Source: Octopus vulgaris
Lineage: Eukaryota
Length of the DNA: 124,000 nucleotides
Direction: 5' to 3'
NCBI GenBank assembly: GCA_951406725.2
Contig: OX597825.1
Span: forward strand, 14,900,001 to 15,024,000
In this document: positions 87,532 to 101,706 of the stretch, one piece after another
Numbering within the stretch: position 1 is the stretch's first letter
Layout: the number at the start of each line of letters is the position of its first letter
Notes under the pieces: generated by a model
What the model saw: the letters and a program-made list of their open reading frames with translations, nothing else
Told to the model about the DNA's origin: nothing
Databases searched by the model: none
Made by a program: the position numbers and the translations under genes

Positions 87532-87686
87532 TTAGAGATAAAACCACTATTAGGCAAATCAAACAGTGAAAATCATAAACAATGCATAGAAATAAAATTA
87601 ATTAATAAAAAAATTTTTATTTCTATGTATTGGTTTATGATTTTCACTGTTTGATTTGCCTAATAGTGGTTTTATCTCTAATTTAA
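87527..87686. repeat. ~70-bp-arm inverted repeat embedded in (TA)n
   Basis: ttaaattagagataaaaccactattaggcaaatcaaacagtgaaaatcataaac / gtttatgattttcactgtttgatttgcctaatagtggttttatctctaatttaa are perfect over 54 bp, then imperfect. Confidence 0.95.
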
Positions 87687-87741
87687 TATAATATATATAT
87701 ATTTATATATATATATATATATGCATGTATATGTGCATGTA

Positions 87742-87778
<37 letters not shown>

Positions 87779-89806
87779 GTAATGATTGTGAATGTGTGAC
87801 GTATTGTCAAAGAGAAATCGAACTAGCATTGCATATTTGGTTCGTCGTAATTTTAACACGCTCAGATGTCATTCTTACATATATTACACCATCTAAAGAG
87901 ATTTCGATGAAATATGAAAACAATTTGATTCCTCTAGTTCCTTCAGCACTTTGTATATCACTAAATAATTCTCTTTCCATTATTGATTAGGTGTTAATTT
88001 TGCTTATTTCAGAGTTCAGCATAGATTATTTCACTACACCTTCAATTCGTTTTTTTTTTTTTCAACCAACAACAACCCCAACAAGGAAAGACTCATGCCA
88101 CTGCATTATTCATATCCTATTTCGCCATTCTTATCACGCGTTCACACAATTTGCGTGTTATTTGAAATTAGCAGGCCTCTAAATGATGTCAGCTCTTATA
88201 ACTCTCAAAACATTTCACACATAACTAGTAATTCTCACACACACATCAAATACTTCCCCAGCCTTTCCAGCACTTCTGCTTCTATATTGATTGACTGAAA
88301 CGCTTATTGGTAAAGTGTCATAAAATGAGAATCACACTCTCTTCATTTCACTTTCTAAGGGAGTGCTTCCTTTATTCTAGCCTATCTTATCAATTCTGCT
88401 CGTACAAATTTTTCATCACTAAACTATTACAAGTATATTGTATCGCGTTACTTAAACCTCACCAGTGTATCTTACATTTTGGCAGTCACAATTTTCTTAC
88501 ATATTTACGGTTTATATATGGTTCTGTGTATCTGCTGCATTCCCTGAAATTCTAGCTCCAAAATGTCTTGGTCTTTTCTTCACATTCATAATAGACTTTA
88601 CAAAAAAGACTAGCTAATACCTGTATTTGCTTGAGAACGTATTCCAATTATTCCCTATAACTATCACGGGCACTAAACAGAACGTGATTAAAATGAACAT
88701 TTCTTTGTCGGGCGGACTAGATTTATTATCTTTGCTTGCAATAAATTACACTTTCCTACAAGCATTCAACAGCAATATTGTCTTGCTAAACCATAAAGAT
88801 GGCGGTAGATGTTTTGCAGCAAATCCTGCAGGTGCATTAAATTATTGGGCTTTTACTTCAACGTTCCGTTTCTGAAACCTATCAAGTAATCAAGGAACAT
88901 TACTTGTAGGCAAGTGCTGCGCTGTCCTAGGAAAAGGCAAAAAATAAAAAGGCACAGCAGCAAAGCACCGAATCTAACAACATTATCAGAGCTTAGAAGT
89001 GAATGAAAATAGATATGCATAAAAATCAAGTTTGCATATGAATCTATACACGAACTGCAGTATATACATGCACGTGAATGCACACATATATAGGCAATAC
89101 AAGGGAAAGTAGGACACATATATGCAGTCATATCTGTTTGAAATCTGTGTCTGTATACACGAGCGTATGTATGAGATATTCGTGTGTAGATATATGTTAT
89201 TACTTAGATGTATCTAGATTAAAGTTTACTGAAACTTACAAATAAATGAAACGTGTTATTCTTCTCAACTCTGCCTTTTGTTGGCAGGCAACATCTTATA
89301 ATATTTCTATGCAAAATATTATTTAATTCTCAAAGCAAACTATTCTTAATAGGAAATATGTTTGTTTCTACATTCTTTCAAAGTCATTTTGAAATACATA
89401 TTGCAATTTCCGTGTAGTGAAATATTCTAAAGATATGAATATAATTCTAGAATAGCTATGCAATATTTCTTTATATAAAAGGTTTAATTTCATTTCCTAC
89501 ACCCCCAAATGAATTTCTAAAATATTTCTCACCGATTTATTATTTAAGAGAGAAGAAAAAGGAACCTTTTTTTCAAAATCAGCAATAAATATATAATGTA
89601 TTTTTTTCATTCTACTTCTAACAAAAATTATTTTGAAAAATCGAAATTTTCGCATGGAAATATATATGAATGCATGTATTATATTATGTATGCAAATATA
89701 TTTAACTGTGTATATATTTGTGTACATATGCTTGTGTGTGTATTTGCGCGTGCGTGAAGCAGAGAGCATGTAGATGTTCAATACATGCATATATACAAAT
89801 ATAATG

Positions 89807-89848
<42 letters not shown>

Positions 89849-90599
89849 GTGTGTGTGTTTGTGTGTATGTATGTATATGTATGTATGTGTGTGTGTATGT
89901 TTGTATGTATATGTATGTGTGTATGTATGTATGTATGTATGTATATATGTATGTATGTATATATGTATGTATGTATAAATGTATATATGCATTTGCGTGT
90001 GTATGTGCTGTATGAAAGAAACATACAAACACGCTTTTGAATTTAATATGAACGGAAATATATATTTGTTTTGTCAAGAACAATGACCTTACATAAATAT
90101 AACTGTATACACATTTTCGTGATATTGTTTCTCTCTGAATAAGAGTATGTGTGTGTATTTGCGTGACTGTATGTGTGTTCGTGTGTGTGCATTTGTATAT
90201 TTGTGTGTGTGTATGTTCCAATTTTTATTTGCTTATACGTGTACGTACGTATGCTTGTGTGTGCATATTATCAGATGTGTGATTCTATTGGCAAATATTT
90301 GAAATTCAAAAGTAATTTAAGTGACAAACTCTTTCTATGAGAAACCAATAATGAGAAGCTCAATGATACGGCATGAAAAGCTATTGAGAGTTTTGCTGTA
90401 TATATTCTTATGTTCCTACAAGATTTTCAATCGTTTTCCTGGCGACCTGAGATACTTCCTCTTTCAGATGCTCTATGTGAATTTACAGCTCTTCACAAGC
90501 GCACGCGTACTTATGTATTACTCTTAATTCTTTTTCCCTTGTTTTTGTGCGTGTCTATATACAAATATATATATACATAATTCTTTATGTATTGATATA

Positions 90600-90920
90600 G
90601 TTAGGTAAGTAGGTAGGTAGGTAGGTAGATAGACAGACAGGTGGGCAGATAGATAGATACGTAGATAGACAGATATATATATATATATATATATATGTTG
90701 AGAGAGAGAGAGAGAGAGAGATAGATAGATGGATAGATAGGTAGGTAGGTAGATAGGTAGGTAGGTAGGTATATAGGTAGGTAGGTAGGTAGGTAGGTAG
90801 GTAGGTAGGTAGGTAGGTAGGTAGGTAGGTAGGTAGGCAGGTAGTGAGCTGGATAGACCGACAGACAGACAGATAGATAGATATATAGATAGACAGATAG
90901 ATAGCTTGATAGATAGATTA

Positions 90921-90956
<36 letters not shown>

Positions 90957-91020
90957 GTAATTATGTAGTTAGGTAGGTAGATAGATAGATATATAGATAT
91001 ATAGATAAATATATATATAT

Positions 91021-91110
<90 letters not shown>
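90600..91110. repeat. (AGGT)n/(AGAT)n/(AGAC)n tetranucleotide field
   Basis: Directly visible. Confidence 0.95.
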
Positions 91111-91111
<1 letters not shown>

Positions 91112-91633
91112 TGCGCATAAGTAAACATACATAGAGATAAAGAGATAAGTAGAGAGATTTACATTCATATACATTCATAACAATCATATACATATATGAA
91201 TTTATTTGACCATCCAAACTGTGGATAGAAATACATGAGCACTAAGTATCGCGCTCGCTGAATTACTTAATTCTTCCATTCCTTTGTAAAATATTTTATA
91301 CGCATCCATAAATCATCTCTTTTATTTCCAATACCCATATTATTTATCTGTTTTGTATACAGTAAGATATTTTCCGTCTCGTTTTCTTGCCTGTTTCTAT
91401 ATGTTAATACATAGCTTTCTTTGTTACTATTACATAGCTACAACTCACCCCACTCACTCAAGTTATATACGAGCAGGTTATCTCTCATTCTTTACATACG
91501 AGTTTCCAGTTCGCCTGGACGCTATCTTCTACTTAACTATACATTTCCGTACAAGCTACTAGTCCTAGGTTTCTCACACTTCAGTTTATATATTCTTTTG
91601 TAGATAACAGTGTTTCTGCGTTCTTTCTATATT

Positions 91634-91690
<57 letters not shown>

Positions 91691-91960
91691 TACACACACA
91701 CACATAAATAATAGGTGTGGATGTCTGGTAAGGACCTTCGTTCTGAGCTACAAGCGCTCGGGTTCCATTTCACTCAGTGGCATCTTGGTCAAGAGTTTTC
91801 TATTATTGCCTCGGGCTGACCAAAACCTTGTGAATGGAATTGGTAGAGGAAAACAAAAAGGCCATCGTATATATGGTGAGAATTTGCCAAAGACAAAGGA
91901 ATACGTTTCTCGACAGCACATGCTATATAGGAGTGTTTGTATATATACATACATACACAC

Positions 91961-92024
<64 letters not shown>

Positions 92025-92104
92025 CATCCCACAAAAAAAGCTCTTCCTTGTAATTTGTCCCATCTGTGTGCAGCCCTGTGTGGCCAATAAAGAAACATAT
92101 ATAT

Positions 92105-92290
92105 ATACGGAGAATTCACAAAAAAAAACAAAAGACGAAGACAGGTGGTGTAAACAACACACATATGTATTAGTATAACACTAGGAAAGTGAAAAAGTCT
92201 TTAACGTTTCGAGCCTACGCTCTTCCACAGAAAAGAACACAGAAAGAAACAAGGAGAGAAAAAAATGTGTGTAGTGGCTAACGATCTATC
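92105..92290 (-). mobile_element. Short non-autonomous repeat carrying an HHR-like motif (92199-92234)
   Basis: TTTT-CTGTGGA-A-GAGC(gtag)GCTC-GAAA-CG-TT-AAAG; homolog of 78295. Confidence 0.8.
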
Positions 92291-92297
92291 ATGGCGA

Positions 92298-92355
<58 letters not shown>

Positions 92356-92364
92356 TAGATAGAT

Positions 92365-92424
<60 letters not shown>

Positions 92425-93479
92425 ATATATGTATTTATGCAGGTATGTGTGTGTGTATGTATGTATATATATATATATATATATATGATATAACTTTCAT
92501 AGTTTTCATTGTAATTGTACTTGTCTTTGTAATATTCATTTCTTCTGTATATATGATTCATCTTACGGCGATGAGCTGATAGAATCTTTAGCCTGATATG
92601 CATAATGCTTAGCAGCATTTCGTCCTTCCTTACGTTCTGAGCTGAAATTCCTTCAGGGTCGACATTGTCTTTCATCCTTTTGAGATCGATAAAATAAGAA
92701 CTAATTGACCACTGGTTTCGCTGCAATCGGCTTACACCCTCCCCTGAACACGCTGGCCTTATGCCAAACTTTAAAACCATTATCAAAGATTCATCTCATT
92801 ACTTTCATGTTCTTTCTAAGTTCTTAACTACCATTTCAGCGTCACCCTATTGAGCATACAGGGACACAAACAAGAAAATGAAGTAGGCTAGCCCAATACG
92901 TAAATATAGAGGGAGAAGTCTAGACGTCAGACACAGTAGAGAGTAGCAGTCAACGTAGAGTAGAAGGCATCCGAACTTGCGACATAAGTGTTAGAGTAAT
93001 CTTTTACGTCTGTACAGAGAATGGGTAGAATTTGAAATTGTCTGGAAGCCTCGGTTTATGAGAATAAATTCGAAAAACATATTTTTCATTTGATTTTCTG
93101 AACAGTATGGATCTAGAAATCCACTATCTTCTTCAACGATAAGAAAGCTCATTTGAACAAGTCTTCAAAACAATAAATATATAACTGTGTGGGGGCTTTT
93201 GTGTCCGTTTTGCTTGTTTGCTACGGGTATATATGTGTGTGCATGCGCCTATGTGTGGATGTACATGTGTGTGTACATGTGTGCGTACCTGTGTGTGTGT
93301 GTCTATGTGTACAAGTTTGTCTGTGAGTTTGTGTAAGTGTGTGTGTGTGTGTGTGTTTCTGTTACTGTGTAAGAAACTAACTAGTTATTCTCAAAATTTA
93401 ATATTGCCCAATGTTGTCATCTTGAATCAACAGCGCTATCGATTTTTCAAATCTGTAAATATAGATTTCAACACAATGC

Positions 93480-93810
93480 AAGCTCACTCCGTTTTCTTTC
93501 TTCTTCTTCCTCTTCTTCTTCTTCATCTTCTTCTTCTTCTTCTTCTTCTTCTTCTTCTTCTTCATCTTCTTCTTTTTCTTCTTCTTCTTCTTCTTCTTCT
93601 TCTTCTTCTTTTTCTTCTTCTTCTTCTTCTCCTCCTCCTCCTCCTCCTTCTTCTTCTTTTCCACTTCCTCTTCTTCTTCTTCTTCTTCTTCGTCTCCTCC
93701 TCCTCCTTCTTCTTTTTCTTCTTCTCCTTGTTCTTCCTCTGGTCTAGTCTTTTTCTTTTTTCTTCCTTTATTTCCTCTTTCTTCTTCTGTTTTTTCTTCC
93801 TCTTCTTCTC
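93480..93810. repeat. (CTT)n/(CCT)n pyrimidine tract
   Basis: Directly visible. Confidence 0.95.
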
Positions 93811-93963
93811 TAAATGTATCTCCTTCACTATTCTTGTCTCCTTAATAGTCTCCTTCTTAGACTTTTCACTAGGTTTCGAAAACAATTATTTACCACATCC
93901 CACATATATTCCATATTTTGATACACATTATTATCATTAAAATGGAGGTAAATATTATTTTCA

Positions 93964-94055
<92 letters not shown>

Positions 94056-95442
94056 TATATATGCATGTATATGTGTATATATACACGTATGCATGTGTAC
94101 ATATATTCATATATATATATATATAATATTGTTTTGCTTTCATCAATAACCGTATGCGAGCAACTATGTGTGTTTGCATATTCATATAAACTGTGGGAGT
94201 AAGTGGCTCTCAGATTTGCAGTACATGTTATTCAACATAAACTTCACAAATATGAACATTCATTTTATTGAGAAAAATCTTTATGTAAGCAGCGGATATG
94301 GTAAGAATTATACGCACAGGTTATCTAATTCATATTCTCATCTGTTGATGATTGGTATCCATTAAATGCAATGCCAATATTTGTACCTTAAACTCAAGAA
94401 TATGATTACTAAAACATTGAGCTTGTGTATGACTATAAAGTCAGATCATTGAAAATCCTTATTACATTGAGCTTGATGCAAATGACCTTCAACACTAGTT
94501 TGGCAAAATCCATTGAGAACTAAATAAAACATCTTCAGATTAACAATATATGTTAGCGACAGAGGCGGCATTAATACACTGAGTTAATATTTATCCACAC
94601 TTCTACGTGTATGTTCTGTGAGAACTAACTACACTGCGATAGATATGAGAATTTCTCTCCTGATGTCCACCGCAGTATAGTGTGTTCTGACAGGATATTC
94701 GGGTATAGTTGGGGATAACTATTCCCTCTGAAATGAGAAAATCCGTCGGCTTCTAAATGTTCGGTTCTTATTGACTTCAGAACTGATACAACATTTCGCA
94801 TTGAAGTATCTGGCTTATGTTGATTTTATTACCATCCATATTTGTGACTCTGTAAGCTTAAGTAAGAAATTAATATAAATTATAACGATGATTATACCGC
94901 AATCAACAAACATCGAAATAGTACCGGTCATGTGAACGCATTCACTTTCAGCAGTGCTGCTATCAGAAAACGAGACTGCAGTTTACACGAAAAGTTTACA
95001 CGATTGATCGGCGTAAATTCCCCCATGGCCCACAGTCATAAATCATATTGTCTCTTGTTTCTGCTCTTCCTACAGTTACGATAAGAGACGAATTTTCAGA
95101 AAGAGCTAGACTTATACCTCGTCTACTAGAGTTTTTTCCGCTCATTTCGTCTTTCCTCGTATCACTCTTCATATGTTCGATTTGCCACGTTACTTATTAA
95201 ACATTACAGGTAGTTTTTTCTCCCTATGTCGGTTATTTATAATATTGACACAACCCATGTCTATTTCGCATGGGTTCACTTACTACTGATATACTTCTAA
95301 TGGTGGTACTCCAGTATGTACGTAGCTCTCGAGCAGAAACAAGTAAAAGAATAATAGATTAGCGATTACATGAATCTCACTGCTCTACGAAGGCTTGCGA
95401 AGGTTAGTAGCACAACACCTTTTCTAACTGTCCAATAATTTA

Positions 95443-95635
95443 GACCTGGAGATCTCCATTTCCAGCGACTGCGACGGCCACCTCCCAGTGGTATCGGGCG
95501 TCAACGAAGAGACCTCGACTACAACAAGACGACCAAATTTTTTTTTCCAAGGTCTGGGATCCCCCGCTCCTAAGCCCTAGACCATCACCTAATCACCCTT
95601 ACCCATCTTGTTGCTTAACAACAACAGCAACACCT
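95443..95635 (+). mobile_element. ~190-bp GC-rich retroposon 3' end with (AAC)n tail
   Basis: gacctggagatctccatttccagcgact...ccatcacctaatcaccct; second copy in reverse orientation at 116268-116455. Confidence 0.75.
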
Positions 95636-96299
95636 TTTACATACCCGGAAACTAAAATCATAATAAAATAGTAACCGAATCAGCTGTTTCGTGTGAAGTT
95701 TCAACTCTGATACTGCGTAAAACTGTTGCGTAATATTGCCCAGCCACTGTAATGCTCTTATCACAAGTTAGACTCCAGCAGAATGGCAAGAGTTACCATT
95801 ATCTAACAGTTGAAAGCATTTCAAGATAGTAACAAAAATTGTATATGAGAATTAAAATTCAGAAGCGTTCTAAAAGAATTGATAAAGCAACAAAGTTGTC
95901 AAAATATCTGGAGTCTGAATGCAATTATCAAAATCTAAAATGTGTAATAACATTATAAATTTAATATTCCCAAATTAGAAATTGAAATGATTTGAAATAA
96001 AAAAAAAATAGTTTGTGATATAACTGTCACCGTGGAAGTCAAATTGATTTTGTGTCTAAAAGGTGTGTGGGGGAGAAATTAAGCTAGTTTATTGTTGAAG
96101 AACATCCCAAGATATTTGCCAAATTTAATTGAATTCATTGGTCACTAGAAATAATTAATTCTGTTTATTAGTTAATACATCATCGTTATTGTCAGTGGCA
96201 ACAGCATTATCAACTTTCTTGCCCTTATCCTCATCTTCATTATCATCAAAATAATCATCATCATTTGAATGTACTAATATTACGATGATTCGTATTCAT

Positions 96300-96779
<480 letters not shown>

Positions 96780-96780
<1 letters not shown>

Positions 96781-97060
96781 AAACCCACAGCTTATTTTGT
96801 GGGGTGTGATGGAAAATATCAGCTGTCCACAGCCAGCAGACTAAGGTGATGCTTGTTTACTGGTCATGCTTGAAGAACCTTGCAAAGAATTCTTGCGGTT
96901 CAAAGCAATGCTGATTTTTGTAGTTGCTCCACCTTCACACTTGCACAGACTTTTTCAGCCATGTGGTACATAAGTGTTGATACTTGCAAGTTTCACCAAT
97001 TACTATTAGTATCAAGTCTACTCTATTCATTGACTGCAGCCTTCGTATTTCCCACTTCGA
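96780..97060 (-). mobile_element. R4/Dong-clade LINE extreme 3' end
   Basis: Minus-strand VEQLQKSALL*TARILCKVLQA*, then a short UTR running into (TAA)n. Confidence 0.7.
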
Positions 97061-97292
97061 ATCATCATAGTTGATTCATTTTTCTTCTTTCACATTTATC
97101 ATTTTGTCACCGGGGCATGCAATATCGATTATCATAAATGTTCTGTCTTTTTTTATTCACGACAACAATATTATGATATTGTTGGTGCAGTGTCAGGTAT
97201 ATGAGACCTGATCTGCTGCAAATTTCCTATATGTTTGTAAAATATTATCTTCGGTAGATGAATGCCTTGACATTTAAAATATAAGCACATAT

Positions 97293-97293
<1 letters not shown>

Positions 97294-97378
<85 letters not shown>

Positions 97379-97402
97379 CTGCTTCTGCTGCTACTACTAC
97401 TG

Positions 97403-97437
<35 letters not shown>

Positions 97438-97480
97438 GCTGCTGCTGCTACTGCTGCTGCCATTACTGCCACTACTACTA

Positions 97481-97512
<32 letters not shown>

Positions 97513-97728
97513 ACTGCTGCTGCTGAGGATGATGATGATGATGATGATACTGCTGCTGCCATTACTGCTGCTGCTGCTAATACTAGTGCTACTACTGCTA
97601 CTAGTACAAATACGACTACCCCTATTGCTACTACTACTATTGCCACGATAGTTGAAACTACTACTATTACTACCTCTACCACTGCCCCTGCTACTGCTGC
97701 CGCAGCTGCACTACTACTACTACTGCTG

Positions 97729-97760
<32 letters not shown>

Positions 97761-97767
97761 GCTGTTG

Positions 97768-97803
<36 letters not shown>

Positions 97804-97900
97804 AAATCACTACTACAATTAATATTATTACGCGTACTACAACAACTTCTGCTATTACTGCTACTACTCTTATTACCACGACTATTACTACTAATACTAC
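97294..97900. repeat. (CTA)/(CTG) mosaic beginning with a (ACT)n-(AGT)n palindrome
   Basis: Directly visible; strand switch at tactagta (97341-97348). Confidence 0.95.
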
Positions 97901-98658
97901 TGCTACTACAAGTATTGCCAACAATAATTCTATCACATTCTGAAAAGCATATTATTTCACCATATCTCATCAACGATAACATTAGTCCATTACAATGGCC
98001 GAGAGACAATTGGCAAAAAAATAAACATGATAAATCATCTCCCGAAAATATTTCTCTTTTCTCTTAATCTTCCAAGAATATAAACAACACCTAAATCCGC
98101 TTAAATAATAATATTTTTTTTAGATATTTTAGTTTAATTCTGCAATACGTTGCGTGGCGTGCGATTAGTTTCAGCTATAAATGATTATAGGACTTCGACA
98201 AAATAAAATTGGTTCGAATGTTGTTCATCGCCATTTGAATTCTAACCACTTTTAAGGATTTATTGTGCTGATAAAAAAAAAAAGAACTTTATGCGACCTA
98301 GGTGCGATATTGATAGGGAAGTATTTATACAGTTATGTCAATTGAAATAAAGAACTTACTAGTCAAGAGCAGTTTAATTGTTAAAAAAGTCGTTGCATCT
98401 ATATACACAAATAAATAGGTATACAACTGCACACACACATACACACACACACAAACACACACAGAATGTTGTGTAGAGAGGATAAGTATAGTTATTATAT
98501 CATCTAAAATCTTAGAATTAAGTTGGGAAAAGTTCTTGACAGTTTATATAAGGTTGTGTTTATATAAGATTTGAAGTGCGGGTATAGGTTGGTTAGTATG
98601 TTTGAAAACCAATTTGAAGTTGCAGAAATTATAAAAGGAAAGTGGTATGTGTATGCGT

Positions 98659-98753
<95 letters not shown>

Positions 98754-99055
98754 GACTTATCTTGATTCTATTCAAGGTCTGCAATCAATAGATTTAGAAG
98801 AAGCTATGAGAGGAAACTAATTATTGCAAATAACCTTTGTGCTAGTTTGGAAAAAATGCCTTAATCTTATTCTTAGGACGAGATTCAAATTCAGGGAATG
98901 CATCATTATTCTAGTTCAGATGTCAAATTTTTACAAACTGAGGTTAGATAACGTTGGTTATTGGCCAAGTATTTATAAACATACATTTGTTTGCATATAT
99001 CAACTTACACTAGTATTTTCCCATATATTTGTGCATCAGTATGTATGTTTGTGTG

Positions 99056-99139
<84 letters not shown>

Positions 99140-99149
99140 GAGATATACT

Positions 99150-99528
99150 TTTATTTCTATTTGTTTCAGTCAATTGGTTGCGGCTATGCTTGACCAACGT
99201 CTTTACTCCAACAAATCGCCCCCAGTACTTATTCTATCTGTCTCTTTTACTGAAATACTAGGTTACGGTGACGTAAACACACTAGCATCGGTTGCTAAGC
99301 AATTGAGGGGAGACGAATATGTATGCAAAAACATATACATACGTACACACACATACACACACACGATGGGCTTCTTTTGATTTCTGTCTACCAAATCAAC
99401 TGAGAGGCCTTTGGTCAGACCGAAGCTATAGTAGAAAACATCCGTACGTCGTGCCTCGCCGTGGGGCTGAACACGGAGCCTTGTGGTTGGGAAGCAAGCT
99501 TCTCATCACACAGCCACGACTGCGCCTA
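99150..99528 (-). mobile_element. SINE family B (diverged)
   Basis: Homologous to other copies. Confidence 0.8.
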
Positions 99529-99579
99529 TATATATATATATATATATATATATAAGCACATACATACATATATATATGC

Positions 99580-99643
<64 letters not shown>

Positions 99644-100948
99644 GCATATGTTTGCATGTAGTTACGTACGTATTTATGTATGTATGTATGTATGTATAAA
99701 TGAGTTGAGAAAAATAATTTGAAGTAGACAGTTCCAGCAATTTGAACTACAAAGACGTATAAGTGTACAGGAAGTACATACTTTATCAAAATTATTTCTG
99801 TATCTGGGACGGTTAATCAAATTATATTGCGCCAGTCACTATCAATACTTATGCAACCACAGTCATGAAACTCAAACATATATTGATGGCACAACAAGAA
99901 GGCAATATTTTGTGAAATGTTCGGAATTGGTGTAATTGTTTTCTCGACATCTGGTACTGTATTTAGTAGTGATAAAGAATTCGGAAAAATGTTTCTGGTA
100001 TGGAATACATTTTTGATTCACTTTAAACATGGAGACATTTACTGCCACGTATTTTTGGATATTATTATTTGAGGGGGAAAATGACTGGGAGATAGCAGAA
100101 ATCTTAAAAATCAGAAGTGAATGATGGAAAAAGATATGAAACTGAAGCACAGCCGTGGCTCTAAAACATATATTCTCTGAGGTATATTCTAAAATTGAAA
100201 CTGTTTGGAAATTCTTTCTGCTTAGAGTTATCAGTTACGTTCTGTCAGTATATCCTCAGAAATGAAGACGCTCTGTTAAATAAAAATCCCAGTTCTGCTC
100301 ATCAAAATTTACAGAATATATTCAAAACTAGTGAATTGATATATTCTATTATCTTACTACATTAATGTACCAATGCATGAATAAACTTTCCGTATTTTCT
100401 TGGCTACTGTATAAGAATATGTATAAAATAGATTTCGTTATGGAAATGAATTATGAAATAGGAAGATAGGAAAATCGTAGAAAGAAATGACAGAAAAAGA
100501 ACGGTTCTGGAAGAATATGTTTATACGTTTGTGCGTGTGTATATGTGTATGAAAACGTGTGAGTGTCCTCGCGATTAAGTGACTGGTTGCCGCATGGAAC
100601 ACGTAAAAAACAAAATGTCCGAGTCTAGGGAATGTTTTAACTTTTTCGCAAATTTTAATATTATCGTGTCACTATAAAAATGCAAACTATTTGTCTCAAC
100701 TACATATTTGCGTACGCACATACGTACATACAGACATTCATACATACATACATACATAAATGCATGTATGCATACATACATACATTCATTATTAAATTTC
100801 CAGTAAAGAAACTTTGGAAAGTAACAGCTGTATTGTGAATGAGAAGCTTGGTCTGCAACATCGACGGGCAGGTATTTTTGTATCACGAGGTGGGTTCATT
100901 AGACACCATCTGAGTCACAAGTGTAAACTATATATTTCACTAAGAGCA

Positions 100949-101003
100949 CACTGTGCTCTTAACGGACAGTGGTGGTCTTCTTCGCTCACCATTGACAGCT
101001 ACC

Positions 101004-101045
<42 letters not shown>

Positions 101046-101095
101046 TAGCTGTCAATGGTGAGCGAAGAAGACCACCACTGTCCGTTAAGAGCACA

Positions 101096-101098
<3 letters not shown>
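100949..101098. repeat. Perfect 55-bp-arm inverted repeat centred on (TA)n
   Basis: cactgtgctcttaacggacagtggtggtcttcttcgctcaccattgacagctacc (100949-101003) and its exact reverse complement (101044-101098). Confidence 0.95.
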
Positions 101099-101162
<64 letters not shown>

Positions 101163-101436
101163 CACCAAGGTCGCTTACAACCTTTGGTCGGCCCAAGGTT
101201 ACAGTGAAAAACACTTGCCCGCGCATCTCTGCACTGGAACTGAACAAAGAATCAATATGTGGTTTGGAGGGAATCAACCTTCTGTCTGCACAGCTACAAC
101301 TGAGCCTCCCTATGAGTGTGTGTGTGTGTGTGTTTTATATACTTATATACCTCTGTACCGGAGTAAGCAGATGAATGTGAAACAAAGTGGAAAAAAGAGT
101401 ACTCAAATACCAGAGGTAGAGTAATATCGTTTATCG

Positions 101437-101706
101437 AAAAGCAGCAGAAATATAACAAAAGCTGTCACTCAGAGTTTCACGTTCCCGTCGTCGGACAGTT
101501 TTGTTAATAACATGAACACCCTCCCTGTACATAACTCCATGTCCCCCTACATGGCCTTGCTTTTTGCTTTTTGAGCAAAAAAATAACTTAACTTAACTTA
101601 ACTTAATAATTACGAAACATCCATTTTATCTATTTTAACAAAACTGTCCGACGGACGAGAACGTGAAACTCTGATTAACAGCATTTGTTATATTTCTGCT
101701 GCTTTT
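101437..101706. mobile_element. Inverted-repeat element with ~70-bp arms, each carrying an HHR-like motif
   Basis: Arms 101437-101506 and 101635-101706 differ at 5 positions; motif CTGT-CCGACGA-cg(ggaa)cg-t-GAAA-CTCTGAG-T(G/A)-ACAG. Confidence 0.8.
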
